Source: Raillietiella orientalis
Taxonomy: Eukaryota
Direction: 5' to 3'
Assembly: GCA_036172245.1 (NCBI GenBank)
Contig: JAYWIR010000030.1
Location: 1,736,001 to 1,800,000 of the forward strand
Length of the DNA stretch: 64,000 nucleotides
In this document: in pieces, positions 52,780 through 64,000 of the stretch
How the letters are laid out: each line of letters begins with the position of its first letter
Position numbering within the stretch: position 1 is the stretch's first letter
Translations under genes and position numbers: made by a program
Notes under the pieces: model-generated
Seen by the model: the letters and a program-made list of their open reading frames with translations, nothing else
Databases searched by the model: none
Told to the model about the DNA's origin: nothing

Positions 52780-53400
52780 AAAGGTTGAAGGAAGATTTAC
52801 CCACAGGACGCGCGAGATGTGGAAAAACTGGAACAACAAGGCGTGGTTCGGAACAATAAAACCTGCGAGAGGATGGAGAGACAGTCAGGAGGAACGACCT
52901 GCTACGAGACTCTCACGACCATTCCTTCATGTTTTCACCACGGAGGGATCCTGAGTGGATCGAGGACGGAACCCCGATCAGGCGACGTCGAAGACGAGCT
53001 CTGCATGGCGTGTGGGGCCAAGGAAACGAGGCCCCGCACCCAACGCTACGCCCAAGACTGGACAGCGCTGAAGGCGGTGACGGATCCGCAGAGCGGCTGC
53101 AAGAATGGAAATCCTGAAGGGATTGTTCGTAGAGGACGACGGCAGCGCTCCCCCGATACAGTCCCATGGTGCGAAGAACAATTGCCCCTTTTCATTGCCA
53201 GCGCTATGATAAGAAGGGAGGGGGAGGAGAGGGGAAGGAGAAATCCAAGGAAAGCAACGCCTGCCGTGGACATCTTGAAAGGACTCATTCAGAGGAAGAT
53301 GGACATCAGGAACTGCGGCGGAATTCCGGTCCGGTCATGTCGCCGCATCTTGAAAACGGCTGCGGATCGACGCCCGCAAGAGCAGAATGCCCAATGGCCT
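52780..53400 (+). mobile_element. Decayed LINE ORF2 C-terminal CCHC region plus an RNase H fragment
   Basis: MWKNWNNKAWFGTIKP..GW....EE..ATRL and DELCMACGAKET match W...W....IKP...W...R.EE..LTRLR...C..CG..ET. Confidence 0.5.
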
Positions 53401-54169
53401 CTAGTGATCAGGTTGCGAAGGCAGACCCTCTCCTTCTGGCGTTTGACCCACAGAAGTGACGCTAGGTGCTGCGAACGTGTCTTTGGCGCTGTCTCGGCGT
53501 GTTTTCTCGCTCGTGAGCTGCGTTTCCATGAATTCGCCCCACCGCCCGCCCGTCGGACTGGGGGGGGGGGGGGGGGAGTCACTGATGCTGCGCGCTTTCT
53601 AGACGGAACTTTGCCGGGCGTATGGAGCCAGCGGGCACGCTGACTTGAGCCCCATGGCTCGCATCCAGCACGGGAAGAGAAGTACCCATCTGCGAGTCTT
53701 GCACAGCGAGACGAGACCGTCTCGCTCCGATGGCCCGATCGCTCTCCGCGAAGCTCAGGGTGGGAAGCAAACACCGCTCCAGCACTTTCCTCCCTCCCCC
53801 CGGACTCCAGGCCGCTTGACGCTCGTCTGTTTCTCGCTTGGTACAGATCCTCTAGAGGGATCTGTGCCGCCTTTGGTCCCTCACCTCTTCGCTCTGAGAG
53901 CGCGTGGGAGCCGCTGAGGTATGCTGGAAGAGTGAAGCCTGAAGTACATGCCAAGGGTAGGACCGGGAGGGTTTCTTGATGCCGGGACACGCGAGGATCC
54001 GCACGTGGAATGGCGTGGCTCAGGAAAACGCGCATCTTTACCTGGGAAATCTTCTCATTCAGTCTCCACGAGAGCACTGGGAAGCTTTTCGGTCCACCCC
54101 TGCGACCATTCCCGAACCCGTATGAAGGAATCCACTCGGAGCACCTCCCCGAGAAGAGGAAGGAGGATC

Positions 54170-54520
54170 ACTTGTCATTCCTCCAACCCGGAAGGTGCTT
54201 CCGGGGAACCAGCCGGGAATTTCCTTCCGATTTAGAAAGCCCAGTCTCGCGGTGGAACGGGAAGCGGCCAGTCGTCGGAGCTCGTAAGTGTTGTTCTCTC
54301 ACGCTACCCAACGGCAGGGACGCCTTGCCGTTGGGCGCGTAGTCCCTTAATCGAAAAGCTTCTCGGCCGACGTGGGAGTTCGGAGCTGCCAGAAGAAATC
54401 TGAGGCAAGGGAGGCGTTCGGGACCACTGACGACTGACGGCAGAGGGCTACTCTCTGAAGCTGCGCGCTCTTGGTAAGTTCGAGGCAACTGAGCTGAGCG
54501 GAGTCGGGTGGCTTCCAGCA
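54170..54520 (-). mobile_element. Decayed LINE ORF1 (gag-like) fragment
   Basis: CLRFLLAAPNSHVGREAFRLRDYAPN resembles L.F...P..V.VG...F.VR.Y.PNP. Confidence 0.45.
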
Positions 54521-55099
54521 AGCTGCATCAACCAAGGATGACACAACGGAGGGACCGGGGATGTCAAAAGTTGGGAAGGGTCGCGAGCCGAGCTTTCAGT
54601 CCAAGAGTGCCTCCACTATTCGCCATGGAGGGCAGGTTCTGAGGTCATCACCGCCTTCGTTCCCTTCCAGAAGAGTCAGCTCTTTCACGGTGATCCCAGA
54701 TGCACAATCGCGACCTCCTCTCTCGTTTGCAGGGCGCCTCATGAACAAAAGGTAAAGACGCGCCCAGATGTGGACCCCCACCTCATGCGCTTTTCGTGGA
54801 CAACTCCAAAATCGGGAGAGGGGAGGGAGGCGGAAAAAAGACCAACGCAGAGGCTGCTGCCGACTATGCCGTGCCACAAAAGACCCGCCAGTGTCCCGAA
54901 TGTGTGCGTGGAGGGAAGAGTCTTCCCCTGAGCAGCAACCCGACCTCGTCCTCTCGCCGATAGAAAGAATCGTCCACTCGAGGTTCTCCTAGGGAGCAGA
55001 GAGAAGGCTCCTTCTTGGTAGGCAGTCCAGGAGCGCAGAAGAGCAGATTTCTTCCCATTCCCTTCAGCGACGGATTCCTAAAGGCTGCCTGACCCTCCT

Positions 55100-55900
55100 G
55101 TTCATCGGGCGAGGGGCAAGAGAAAACTCCGTTTCCCATTCCTCTTGATCCTGGATGGCACCCGGGAAAACCGGGCCCTGATGCTAAACATGCGTGGACC
55201 GAAGATGGATTCCCGCCGTTCCCCTCCCAGGCATTGGAGACTCCACTCGTGCTCGACGAAGGGAGGAGCAGCCGGAGCTTTGACGAGAGACGAGAGCGAC
55301 GGCCGCATAGGAATAGGGCCGACCTGACCCTTTTCCAGGAGAATCCGGGCATCTCGAGTGGCATGTCGGACCACGGATTCCTCTGGGCTCCCGGGCTGCC
55401 TCTCTACGAGAATCGTCCTCCGTGACACACACTCTGAATCGTCGAGACCGCTCAACAGGCGGAGCGAGCGGACTCGGCGCCGCAGACGAGCAGACCGGCG
55501 AACTACGCGAACGCCACGCCTTGTCGACCAGCTGTGAGTGGAGAAGAACCGAGGAAGACCGAGGAAACTACGGAAATCGGGAATGGACGGACCTACGGGA
55601 CAGAAGCGCCTCGTCTTCCAGCTGCTGCTCCTATCATCGGGATCCAGCATTTCCTTCCAAATGGATCAATCGCTTCATGGATCTCTGTCCAAGGAAGACC
55701 CCGAACTGCGGGGAGAGGAGGGAGACGTTCTCTCCCACGTTTGCTTCCCGGTGCGCTCGCATCCCAACGTCTTCAACTCCCGGTCCGCCAGGAAGGATGG
55801 CGATTCTTGCAAGGAAGCCGCGCCGGGAAACGAAAGCGTCCGCCTAATTCTCCCACGGCAGTCTCCGTGGTTCCCAGATCCGACAAGGAGGCTCTGCAAT
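55100..55900 (+). mobile_element. Decayed LINE apurinic endonuclease fragment
   Basis: LVLDEGRSSRSF...RADLTLF and RRADR resemble L.LLN.G..T.F....DLTL and KADW. Confidence 0.4.
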
Positions 55901-58249
55901 CGGACTGCGCTCCTCTTTCGTCCAAGAGCCCCTGGTCCAGACGCGGGATTCCTCCCTTGGAGAGGCACATCATCCTGTTAGAGAGCAGACGCTTCTAGCG
56001 TGCGCCAGCGAGTTTATGCCTCCCTGAAACGCAAGAGTTTCCGCTTCTGGAGCGGCGGATTTCCGTGTCCCGCGATGACGAGAAATGGGCGGCCAGAGGG
56101 CGTCCCGAAGCCGATGCGGAAGCACGAACGCGAGAATGCTGACGTACTCCTTCAAGCCCGGCAACCGGCTCTATAACTCTGACTTCATCTGCAGGAAGCG
56201 GCACTGCTAAGCACTCCTTAACGACTACCTGGAGTTCAGGTTGCCCAGGAAGAACCAGCTGCCCGGTTGCGAGGATTGGCCCGGGTTCACAAACAGGCTT
56301 GCAGCCCGTCTCCGAGGTCACTCTGTGGCCTCGGAGACGGACTGCAAGAAAGGAAGGGGATCAGGTAATCGCCATCTTGCGGCTTTTTCCCGAACAGCGG
56401 AGGGCTACACGAAGCACCAGAGATGCAAATGAGGAATTCGCTTAGCGCTCCACCTGAGAATCTGCGAGTGCTCTGCACAGCGGCCTTTGACGGAAGGCAA
56501 CGCGGGACTCCCTGCGGATGGTCCGGCGGATTCAGAGCACGCACGCAAAAATGGCCCGCCGCCCCGCTCTTGCCTGCTGCTTCCTTGGTCATCCCGCAGT
56601 CTCGGGAGACGAACAGCGGGAAGTCGCGGGCATGTCGGGGATTGAGAGGTGCTGCCGGCCCGAGTGCACCCAGCCACCAGCGACAAGCCTCAGAGCTGGC
56701 GCATCCCTGCCTCTCGAGCCTTCTGCTTTTGGAAAGTTAGACGGTCGCTGACGTCATCGGAGCCCAGCCCTGCTCCAGCCGGAAACGCATCCTGCAGCCC
56801 GGGATCGGACCGATCCATCGGGAATTATTGCTTGCATTTTGATGCGCCGCATCTGGGGAAGAGGAGGGAGGCTGCTCCAAGTTCCCGGTTCATCGCAGAC
56901 TGCGTTTACAAAGCGCATTTCCGAGAGCCTGCGGCCCGGAACCCTTTTCGGATCCCGTCCCTTACAAAATCATTCAAATAAGTTGGAGCCAATTTTGGCG
57001 ACCCAAAACCGAAGCAGGAGATTTGTCAGGGAAAGGAATCGCCCTCGAACGCTGCTGAGCGGGGAGAAAAAAAAAAAAAAATAGGAGGAGGAGGAGGAGA
57101 AGAAAGAAATTGACAGACGGACGCTCTGTGCAAGAGATCTGCCGATTCGAGAGCGCCGGAAAGCAATCTTCGATTTTTCATCCCAGATTTTGAGTGCAGA
57201 TTTGGCAGATTGAAAATCATGCAGATGAGGCGCAAAAACCATCGGCGTCTTCCCTCCTTCCTTCCTTTTTTCCCCCCCTTAAAAACAAAAGAAGGGAAGC
57301 GCAAAGTTAAGGAGAGAGAGAAAGAAAGCTGGAACAGCGGGGTCGAAATCCAGGAGCCACTCGGTGGTGGTGACTGCTCCGCGGCGAAGACAGGCGCTCG
57401 GAGGGAGGACAGCATGGCGCGCACGCGCGCACAACCTCTCCTTTGCGATGGCAGACCTGGAGCCGAGATGGAATCGCCATCCATCGCCGCTTTCCCCACT
57501 CGTGCGCCCGAGGTGTGCTGGGGTGCTCTTCTCTTCGCAGCGTTTCTTCCTCTCGGAGCGCCGTCCTCGACGGAACGGCTGTATCCCTTGCGCGACCCCT
57601 TTCTCGAACGAGGTCTCGGGTGTAGGCGCGGCTGTGCCTTCCGCCCTTCGGATGACGGTACGGGGGAGGGCGGGCCGTCGCCTCGACGCTGACGTCGACG
57701 GCTTCCGAGCGGACGGAACCGACTTCGTTCCGTATCGAGGAGTAGGGAGGCGAATTCCGGAGGAGCAAAGAGGACGGCGCTGTCCCCTCCCAGCCCGGTC
57801 GCAGCTCGGAGTCACAGAGCGCGCGTCCTGGATCCGCAGTGCGAGCGTGGCAAGAAGGGGAGAGAAGGAGCGAGGGAGGAAGGGAGGGAAAGAGGAGGAA
57901 GACCAAAGAGGAAGGATCCATAGCGATTTACGCCTCGTGTCATTCGGCAGCCGACCAATGGAAGGCAGCGGCATGAATTTTTAACTCCGTGTAATTAGAA
58001 TGCCACCCCGCTGATCAATGTTTGCTTGGGAACGTGCCGAGCGTTCTTGCGCCAGGGGCGTGCCATCGGCCCGGCTGCTGAGTGCATTCCCGACACCCGA
58101 TCCCTTTCGAGGGTTGCCCGACTCCGCGACTGCCCCAGAAAGCGGTGGGAGCGAAGGAAGCGAAGCGAAATGGAATTTCACACACGGAGGGAAGGAGGAA
58201 TTTTCAATTTTCCCGTCATCCCTTTTCCGCTGATCCGCCCGTCTCGAGG

Positions 58250-58950
58250 AGGACGAAATTTTTTTCGGGTTCAAACGGCTGCTTCCAGTCGTTCGGATCT
58301 GCTTCCAGGAATTTCGAAGTGCCTCCCGCTCAGAAGGGAAAAAAAAATTCTTGCATCCGCTGCCAGAATAGGGGGGAAGGGAGACTCCGCAAGCCGCACG
58401 TGGGAACCTGAGGTTGTTTCGCCCTGCTGCAGCAACGGCTTTCTTCAGCGAGGAGGAAACACGGATGGCTCACTACTGGGTTCAGCTCTGCACGCTCTTC
58501 CTTCAAGAATGAGAAAAGGTCGAGGCGCAACAGGACGCAGAATCCAGGGCTCTCATTCCCTCGAGCGGTCATCGCGTTCGGATTGACCGCTGGCTTCGCC
58601 TGTTCTCTTAAATGGTTGCCTCGTTCGACGGTGCGCCTCAGTAGCTCGGGAATTTCCAAAGACACAGGGATGCGACGTACGTCCGAGAGTGCCCTGCTGG
58701 CTGGGCTCCGGTCCGAAACTGACCGCTGCCTTCACATGGCAAACCGTTGCTATAACAGCTACGTTTGTTGCTATCCTGTCCATCCAGGAGCGCGAGATGC
58801 TCAAGACCCACAGAACGAGGTCGGCTGGGTGTTTTATCCCAGAGACTCGTGTGAAGTCGCAAGATTTCCAACAGTAACGAGATCCGTCTCAACCACCGTC
58901 AAGACCGACAGGCATTTCCCTGCCGACGTCTGATCCTTCCGCGGAGTTCG
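58250..58950 (+). mobile_element. Decayed I-group LINE RNase H and C-terminus
   Basis: KFFSGS (IFSDS), GGNTDGSL (GNE.AD.LA), RTSESALLAGLRSE (R..QT.LARLRSGH), followed by cysteine remnants. Confidence 0.4.
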
Positions 58951-60659
58951 GTAAGTGACGTAGAGGGATGCTCACCTCTCTAATGGATTGGGTTCTGCAC
59001 ACCGCGAGCGCGCCTTTCACGTGACACGCACTGTCTTTTCGATTTTCGGATCTTCGTTTCCACTACCAGCCACATCCGTTCGCGGACCGTCATCTACGTT
59101 CCATCGTCTGCTTGTGCGGATACGTGTGTGCGCGGTGCGCTCAAGAGGATCGGTCGACGGCGACCCGAGAGAGTTCACCTCGCCTCCGTTCCTTCAAACC
59201 AGGATGGCCAGGCTCACGCCACCCACCAGCGGGTCGTGGTGCTGGCACTCGAGCCAGGTCAGCAGGCTTAACTACGCTTAACGTTTCCCTTCCCGCTTTT
59301 TCGACCTCCGAACATCAGGAGAAGCGCTGAAGATTCGAGAGCGCTCGAGATAGCTCGAGAGTTTCAAGATAGCTAATTGATCCGAAGAGCCTCATTATGA
59401 CAGGCATACACTTCACAGGATGACCCCAGAATAAAACCTCGAAATGATCCGAAGAACGAATCACCTCAGGAAGGGAACTGTAGACTGAGATCCAGCACGG
59501 CGTCCTCATCCGAATGGTCACGTGCCCTTTATATTGCCGAATAAAACGCCAAATTAATGGTTTTTTCTTTTATCATCTTGTATTAGGCATCCAGTTATCC
59601 CCTTAATGTTGGATTATGAGTTGGCGTAACTCCAGTTTTTCGGACTTCATGGTTGTTCTTCCTGATACCCACTGCCCCTTTGAAGCTTGAATGAAGGAAA
59701 GGATGTGGTGCTTGACACGAACTACAAATACGCTACGGATGCTGCTTCTCGGTTATGAATCGTTTTCATAACTGAACGCCCATTTATTTACTCAGCTTCC
59801 GATAGGTGAGGAGCTCATAACTGCAACGAATTTAATTTTACGCATAAAACTGGCTTCTAAGATAAAATTAAAAAAAAAGACAAGAACACGAGCGCACACA
59901 CAAATGCACACACACATTGCAACAGATTGCATGCCGCAGGCGATATGACAGATGTGCACAATCTATATACTGGTCCAAAGATGGGTCATCTTTCCGTAAG
60001 GAAGCAGAAAACTCTCCCGGAAGCATTGCTCTCGGAAGGAGAGCTTCCTAAAAGAAACCTGAGTTGCAGCTGGGAACAAGATCTCGCTTTTCTAACTGAA
60101 ATCCCGTGTCCTTAATGCATTTGTTTATTTCTCCTCTTTCGCTTGCTCCCCCCTCCTTCCTGGTAAGCATTCTGGAAAACTCACTGGGACCGAAAGCTTG
60201 CGTCCATCGGAAATCATTCCCCATATGCAGTTTGTGGACATTCCTTGGAAGCATTGCAAAAAGCCCTAACGCTCCGAAATCTGGAAGCTCTTTATTCGGA
60301 GGATGTCACAGTTTTCGAAATGGGTCGATCACGCATTTATTTCCCTACCAAAGTTTCCGGGTCTGCATTTCCATCCCAGGACAACAGCGCCTCATCTCTG
60401 ATGCAAGCCAGGTGAGATCATCCCTTTTCTTCCTTTTGTTCTTCGTTTTTTTTATTGCCTTTTCCGCATCATTTCTTAGAGGCTGGTTAGCATAATTTCC
60501 GACGGAATCATTAAAAAAAAAATAGAAGCCAATGGAAGGACTTCAGACTGCAGCCCAATGGGACAGAATGAACTGTACTCGGAGTCAACAGTGGAAACCT
60601 GAAGAGATGCATCGACCTCTTTTTGTAAGGCGTTTGTGCGGATGATGTGGGCAACGGAC

Positions 60660-60792
60660 TTTGGACTGTTACTCAACCTACGGCCCGGGGGCTGCATGCG
60701 GCCCTCCAGGCTTCTACTTGCGGCCCATATCACAGTGCACATTCGATATGGTGATCTTCTATCGAAGATGCTTTTGACATGAGCAGCCCTCG
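60660..60792. mobile_element. Short hAT-Charlie-like MITE remnant
   Basis: CTCAACCTACGGCCCGGGGGCTGCATGCGGCCC resembles hAT-Charlie terminal and subterminal sequence, with repeated GCGGCCC. Confidence 0.4.
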
Positions 60793-60946
60793 ATGTGGTC
60801 AACGTTTTCAGTTTTCTGTCGTTCGGTAAAGGAAACTTTCTTCAACCGCGTTAAAGACAGGGGGGAAAAAGGGGGGGAGATTCGCTCCCTGTGCAAATGA
60901 AAGGTTAGGTGTTTCACGTGAAATCGAAAAGGGAACGAAGGTCAAA

Positions 60947-61956
60947 GTGCCGCGTTTGAAATCTGACGCGGATCAATCAGTCATTTCGGAAATCGCGCCG
61001 AACAGAGTGGACCGAAGGGAAGGCCACGTCGCCTCACGCTGCGGTGTCCCGAAAAACGGGATGACTCGGAATGTCCCGACATGGAACGAGCGCTACATCC
61101 GTGGCTTCTGGCCACAGCGAGGCTTGGAAAACGTCATCGTCCCAAATGAAATCTGGAAATTAGAGGCCACGGAACTTCATGCTCGGTTGGGATGCGATGG
61201 GGAATTTTCGGCAAGTGGTGGGTGGCCGAGCAACGTGGAAGAAAGACGTGGCATTCGCTCGTTCACCACATCCGGGGAGAAACTTTCGTGCGACGCCTCA
61301 CGGGCTCCAGCTTCCTCGGGAAGATTTAAAGAGACAGTTCATGATCCGTTACGAGCGTGCAGGAGGAAACGGAGATGAGAATAAGGGAGGTTCGGAAATT
61401 TGACAAAGTGATTGACCACCCATTCAGCTCAGCTATGGAGTGGTCAGCAAGCGTCTGCCCCTTCCCGTTCGTGACGTCCTCCTCTCCTGAGAAGAATGCG
61501 GGAAAAAGAAATGGTGAAAAAGCTTGGATGAAATTTCGTATCACCACGCAGCGTCACCATTTTTACTTTTGCAACGTTACCAAATTCGTTCGTTTGATTA
61601 TGAAAATTCGTGTTACTGTTCAACGATTGGGTTCATTTCATTATCCAAAATTAAGTTTATTTTTTTTAGACTACCCGTCTCGGTACGATCCACAACATTC
61701 TAGCAAAGGTGACCATGTCGAACGCCCCACGGTATTAAGAATAGCATGTAGCAACATAAATCGGATTTATCTAACATAGTCAAAAAGTGTCAACATCACA
61801 TAGTACCCTAATTTTTAAATAGACTCTTGGTTTCATTTCGATTTTGAGTTTCATTTTTTTACATGATTACACATTACAATATGTAGCGTACTATATGCAG
61901 CCCGCCTTATGTTGGAAACGTATGCATGTGGTCCGAGGGGGTCGAGTACCACTGTA
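60947..61956 (+). mobile_element. Tigger/pogo DNA transposon remnant (CENP-B-type HTH, internally deleted)
   Basis: ELHARLGCDGEFSASGGWPSNVEERRGIRSFTTSGEKLSCD matches F.AS.GWL..FK.RHGI.....GE..S.D. Tigger-like terminus ...GTACCACTG-TA ending at 61956. Confidence 0.75.
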
Positions 61957-62449
61957 CGAAGTAGTGGAGCACATGCTGACCGATCTCAAGGAGCATTGAG
62001 CGCTATCTAGCGGCTGAGCTGAAAACTTTGGTAGTATCGTGGTTCGGCGAGACGGACGCTGCTGCATCCAGAAAGAGATTTTGAGTTTGCGCTCCTTGAC
62101 TCAAAGGAGGACATCCTGCGCTTCCCAAACGGCTGATCCTCGATCCTCATTTGCAGGTCGGCGCAATTCACCACCAAAGTGCAATTCCGTCCTGCGGACG
62201 AGCGAGTGACTCGCTGAGGACAAAGATCGTTCCCTTTGCGGCTGCGCGGTTTGACAAACAAATTCACACACGCAGAAGCGACTGCAAACCCCATCAACCC
62301 CACCAGATTGCTATGGTTGCAGCTTGCAGATTTCACGGACCGAGAGAGCTGATAGGGAGGAAATAAGTAGCTAGTTGAACGACGCAGGTAATCGGTATAA
62401 AGAATGAATAATTACAGAGGGCCATGACCAAACCACTCTGTCTCAAGTG

Positions 62450-63200
62450 GCAATACTTTATGGATGTATCGGAGATTTTTCTGTGTTTCCCCGAAGGACG
62501 TTCTTGACTTGCATCCGCTTGAAAGAACTCCCGGAGGCCACGCTACTTCAACGACTCGTGCACCCGCCGCGATCCGATTGCTGGACCTTTCTCAGAGTTT
62601 CGTGAGGGTCGGATCTTGTACCCACTTCCAATGTGCATACGGAAGCACAGATCGGAGTGAGCACAGCATTCACGCGGCGGAGAGGAAAGAATGCACGAGA
62701 AAAATCCCATCCCTCATCCTGAACATCGATTCCAAGTCAGGCCCCATTCCCTGCATGCCGCGCCATCTATCCTCAGGTTTATACACTCCAAGTACTCCAT
62801 CTACAAGAGCGCGACCTCCGCTCGCACCCCACGAGAGGAAAGCACACACATCTCGCTAATCCGTTTCGCACTTCCGTCTCCGCGAAAAATCAGTTGCACA
62901 TGCCGGAGATTCACAAGGATCCTCAGAGATACTTGGGAAACTGCATTTGCAAGGATCGCTTTGCCCGAGAGGATCGCTCTTATGTGCGAGAATTTGACAC
63001 GTCGAACCTGCCAGAGTGGCTTCTGCTTCTTGAGCACCTTCCCGGAGAAGCAGCATGCAGCGCCGGTCTCGCCTCGCAGTGGACGGTTGCAAGGAGGACC
63101 TCACCATCTCTGCAGTGCCATTGACCACCGAGATGCGTGTCTCCTTACTTGGAGCGGGTCAGCGCGAGGTTTCGTGAATCCGTCTCCAGATCGCGCGGTC
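62450..63200 (+). mobile_element. Decayed I-group LINE RT C-terminal fragment
   Basis: PSLILNID...PIP, SILRFIHSK (YLG..FD.KL), QRYLG and TISAVPLTTE occur in the expected order. Confidence 0.4.
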
Positions 63201-64000
63201 GGGATCCGAATGAGGGAGGGTTTGAAAAGAGCTCTTAGAGAAACTCCTGTGGGCGGCTTCGATGAAGGAAGTTCCGATCTGGATAGAGTCATCAGCAAGC
63301 ATCTTACTGGCTCCAGACCAGAGGCAAGATCATTGAAAACAAGCACCCGGGGATCAGGGGATCTGCATGATGGAAATTCTTTTGGATCCTTCTGCTTTCG
63401 CTGCTTTCCCTCCCAGCTTCCCCCCCCCCCTTTTTTTTTTGGTTCCCTAAGTGTTGAAGAACCGCTCGCCTCCCCAGGGACAGCTCACTTAACTCTTTGG
63501 CAAACCTCGGGTGGCTGTTCACGCCACCCGAGGGTGCATGCAGTGACTCTCCAAGTTAGGAGGTTACTCCGGGGGGACCATACTGTGAATTCAGGAGGCT
63601 CCGGAGGGAAGAGTCCGTTCCTCCCACGCTTGGGGCAGGGAACCAGATGGAAACCACCTCTTCCTTCGCTTTCTCTTCCTTCTCTGGTCTTCGGAAGGAG
63701 TCCCTGGAAGGAGCAACGCGCTTGTTGCACTCGGAAGAGGCAACCCCCCGAGCGAGGGTATCAACCAGCTCTATGGTACGCAATGGAGGGTCTCCCCGAG
63801 AGGGGAAGGACGAGCCCATTTTCACAGCCGGAGGGAAACCCCAAAGGGAACCGGTTACTTGATTCCTGGAAGGACCCTGGAGGGTCAGCTTCCGGTCGGT
63901 CAACGGGGACATCCAGTTTCCACCAGTGCGCCACTCCGCGAACGGTAGTGCCTGGCTGCAGGGAACCGCTCGAATGTGGACGAGGATCCAATAGCCAAGA

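Noticed and set aside
53560..53576. G17 homopolymer with G-quadruplex potential
   Set aside because: Homopolymer runs are frequent across this window and nothing marks this one as functional.
19241..63991. Numerous long overlapping ORFs (e.g. 22992-23906, 24893-26164, 27980-28894, 48281-49093)
   Set aside because: They are Arg/Pro/Gly/Ser-rich, open in several frames at once and have no domain signal beyond TE remnants. This is expected from high GC content.
17000..64000. Bacterial contamination, prophage or CRISPR array as the explanation of the GC-rich half
   Set aside because: No gene-dense operons or repeat-spacer arrays. The region holds Cav2 exons, eukaryotic TEs, microsatellites and a NUMT.

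Overview
This is animal (arthropod-like) genomic DNA, not prokaryotic. The minus strand carries the 5' part of a Cav2-type voltage-gated calcium channel alpha-1 gene (cacophony orthologue), running off the left edge. I spliced 13 exons by hand (18430 down to 70). They join in one open frame from the N-terminus through all of repeat I, the I-II linker with the AID, and into repeat II S4. One intron is U12-type AT-AC (15642-18217). Two phase-compatible candidate first coding exons exist (18573-18646, starting MGC; 25338-25555, in a CpG-island-like block). An intronic element at 4622-4652 is complementary to the AID-encoding exon and looks like an ADAR editing-site complementary sequence or splicing duplex. 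Composition switches around 16-18 kb from AT-rich and CpG-poor to GC- and CpG-rich. The right ~45 kb is mostly decayed transposons: many LINE fragments, an L1/Tx1-like ORF2 interrupted by a mitochondrial 16S NUMT, a palindromic mariner derivative and a Tigger/pogo remnant. Most listed ORFs there are spurious. I found no clear new multi-gene system; the best leads are RNA-level and isoform-level regulation of Cav2. All homology calls are from motif recognition by eye, with no database search.
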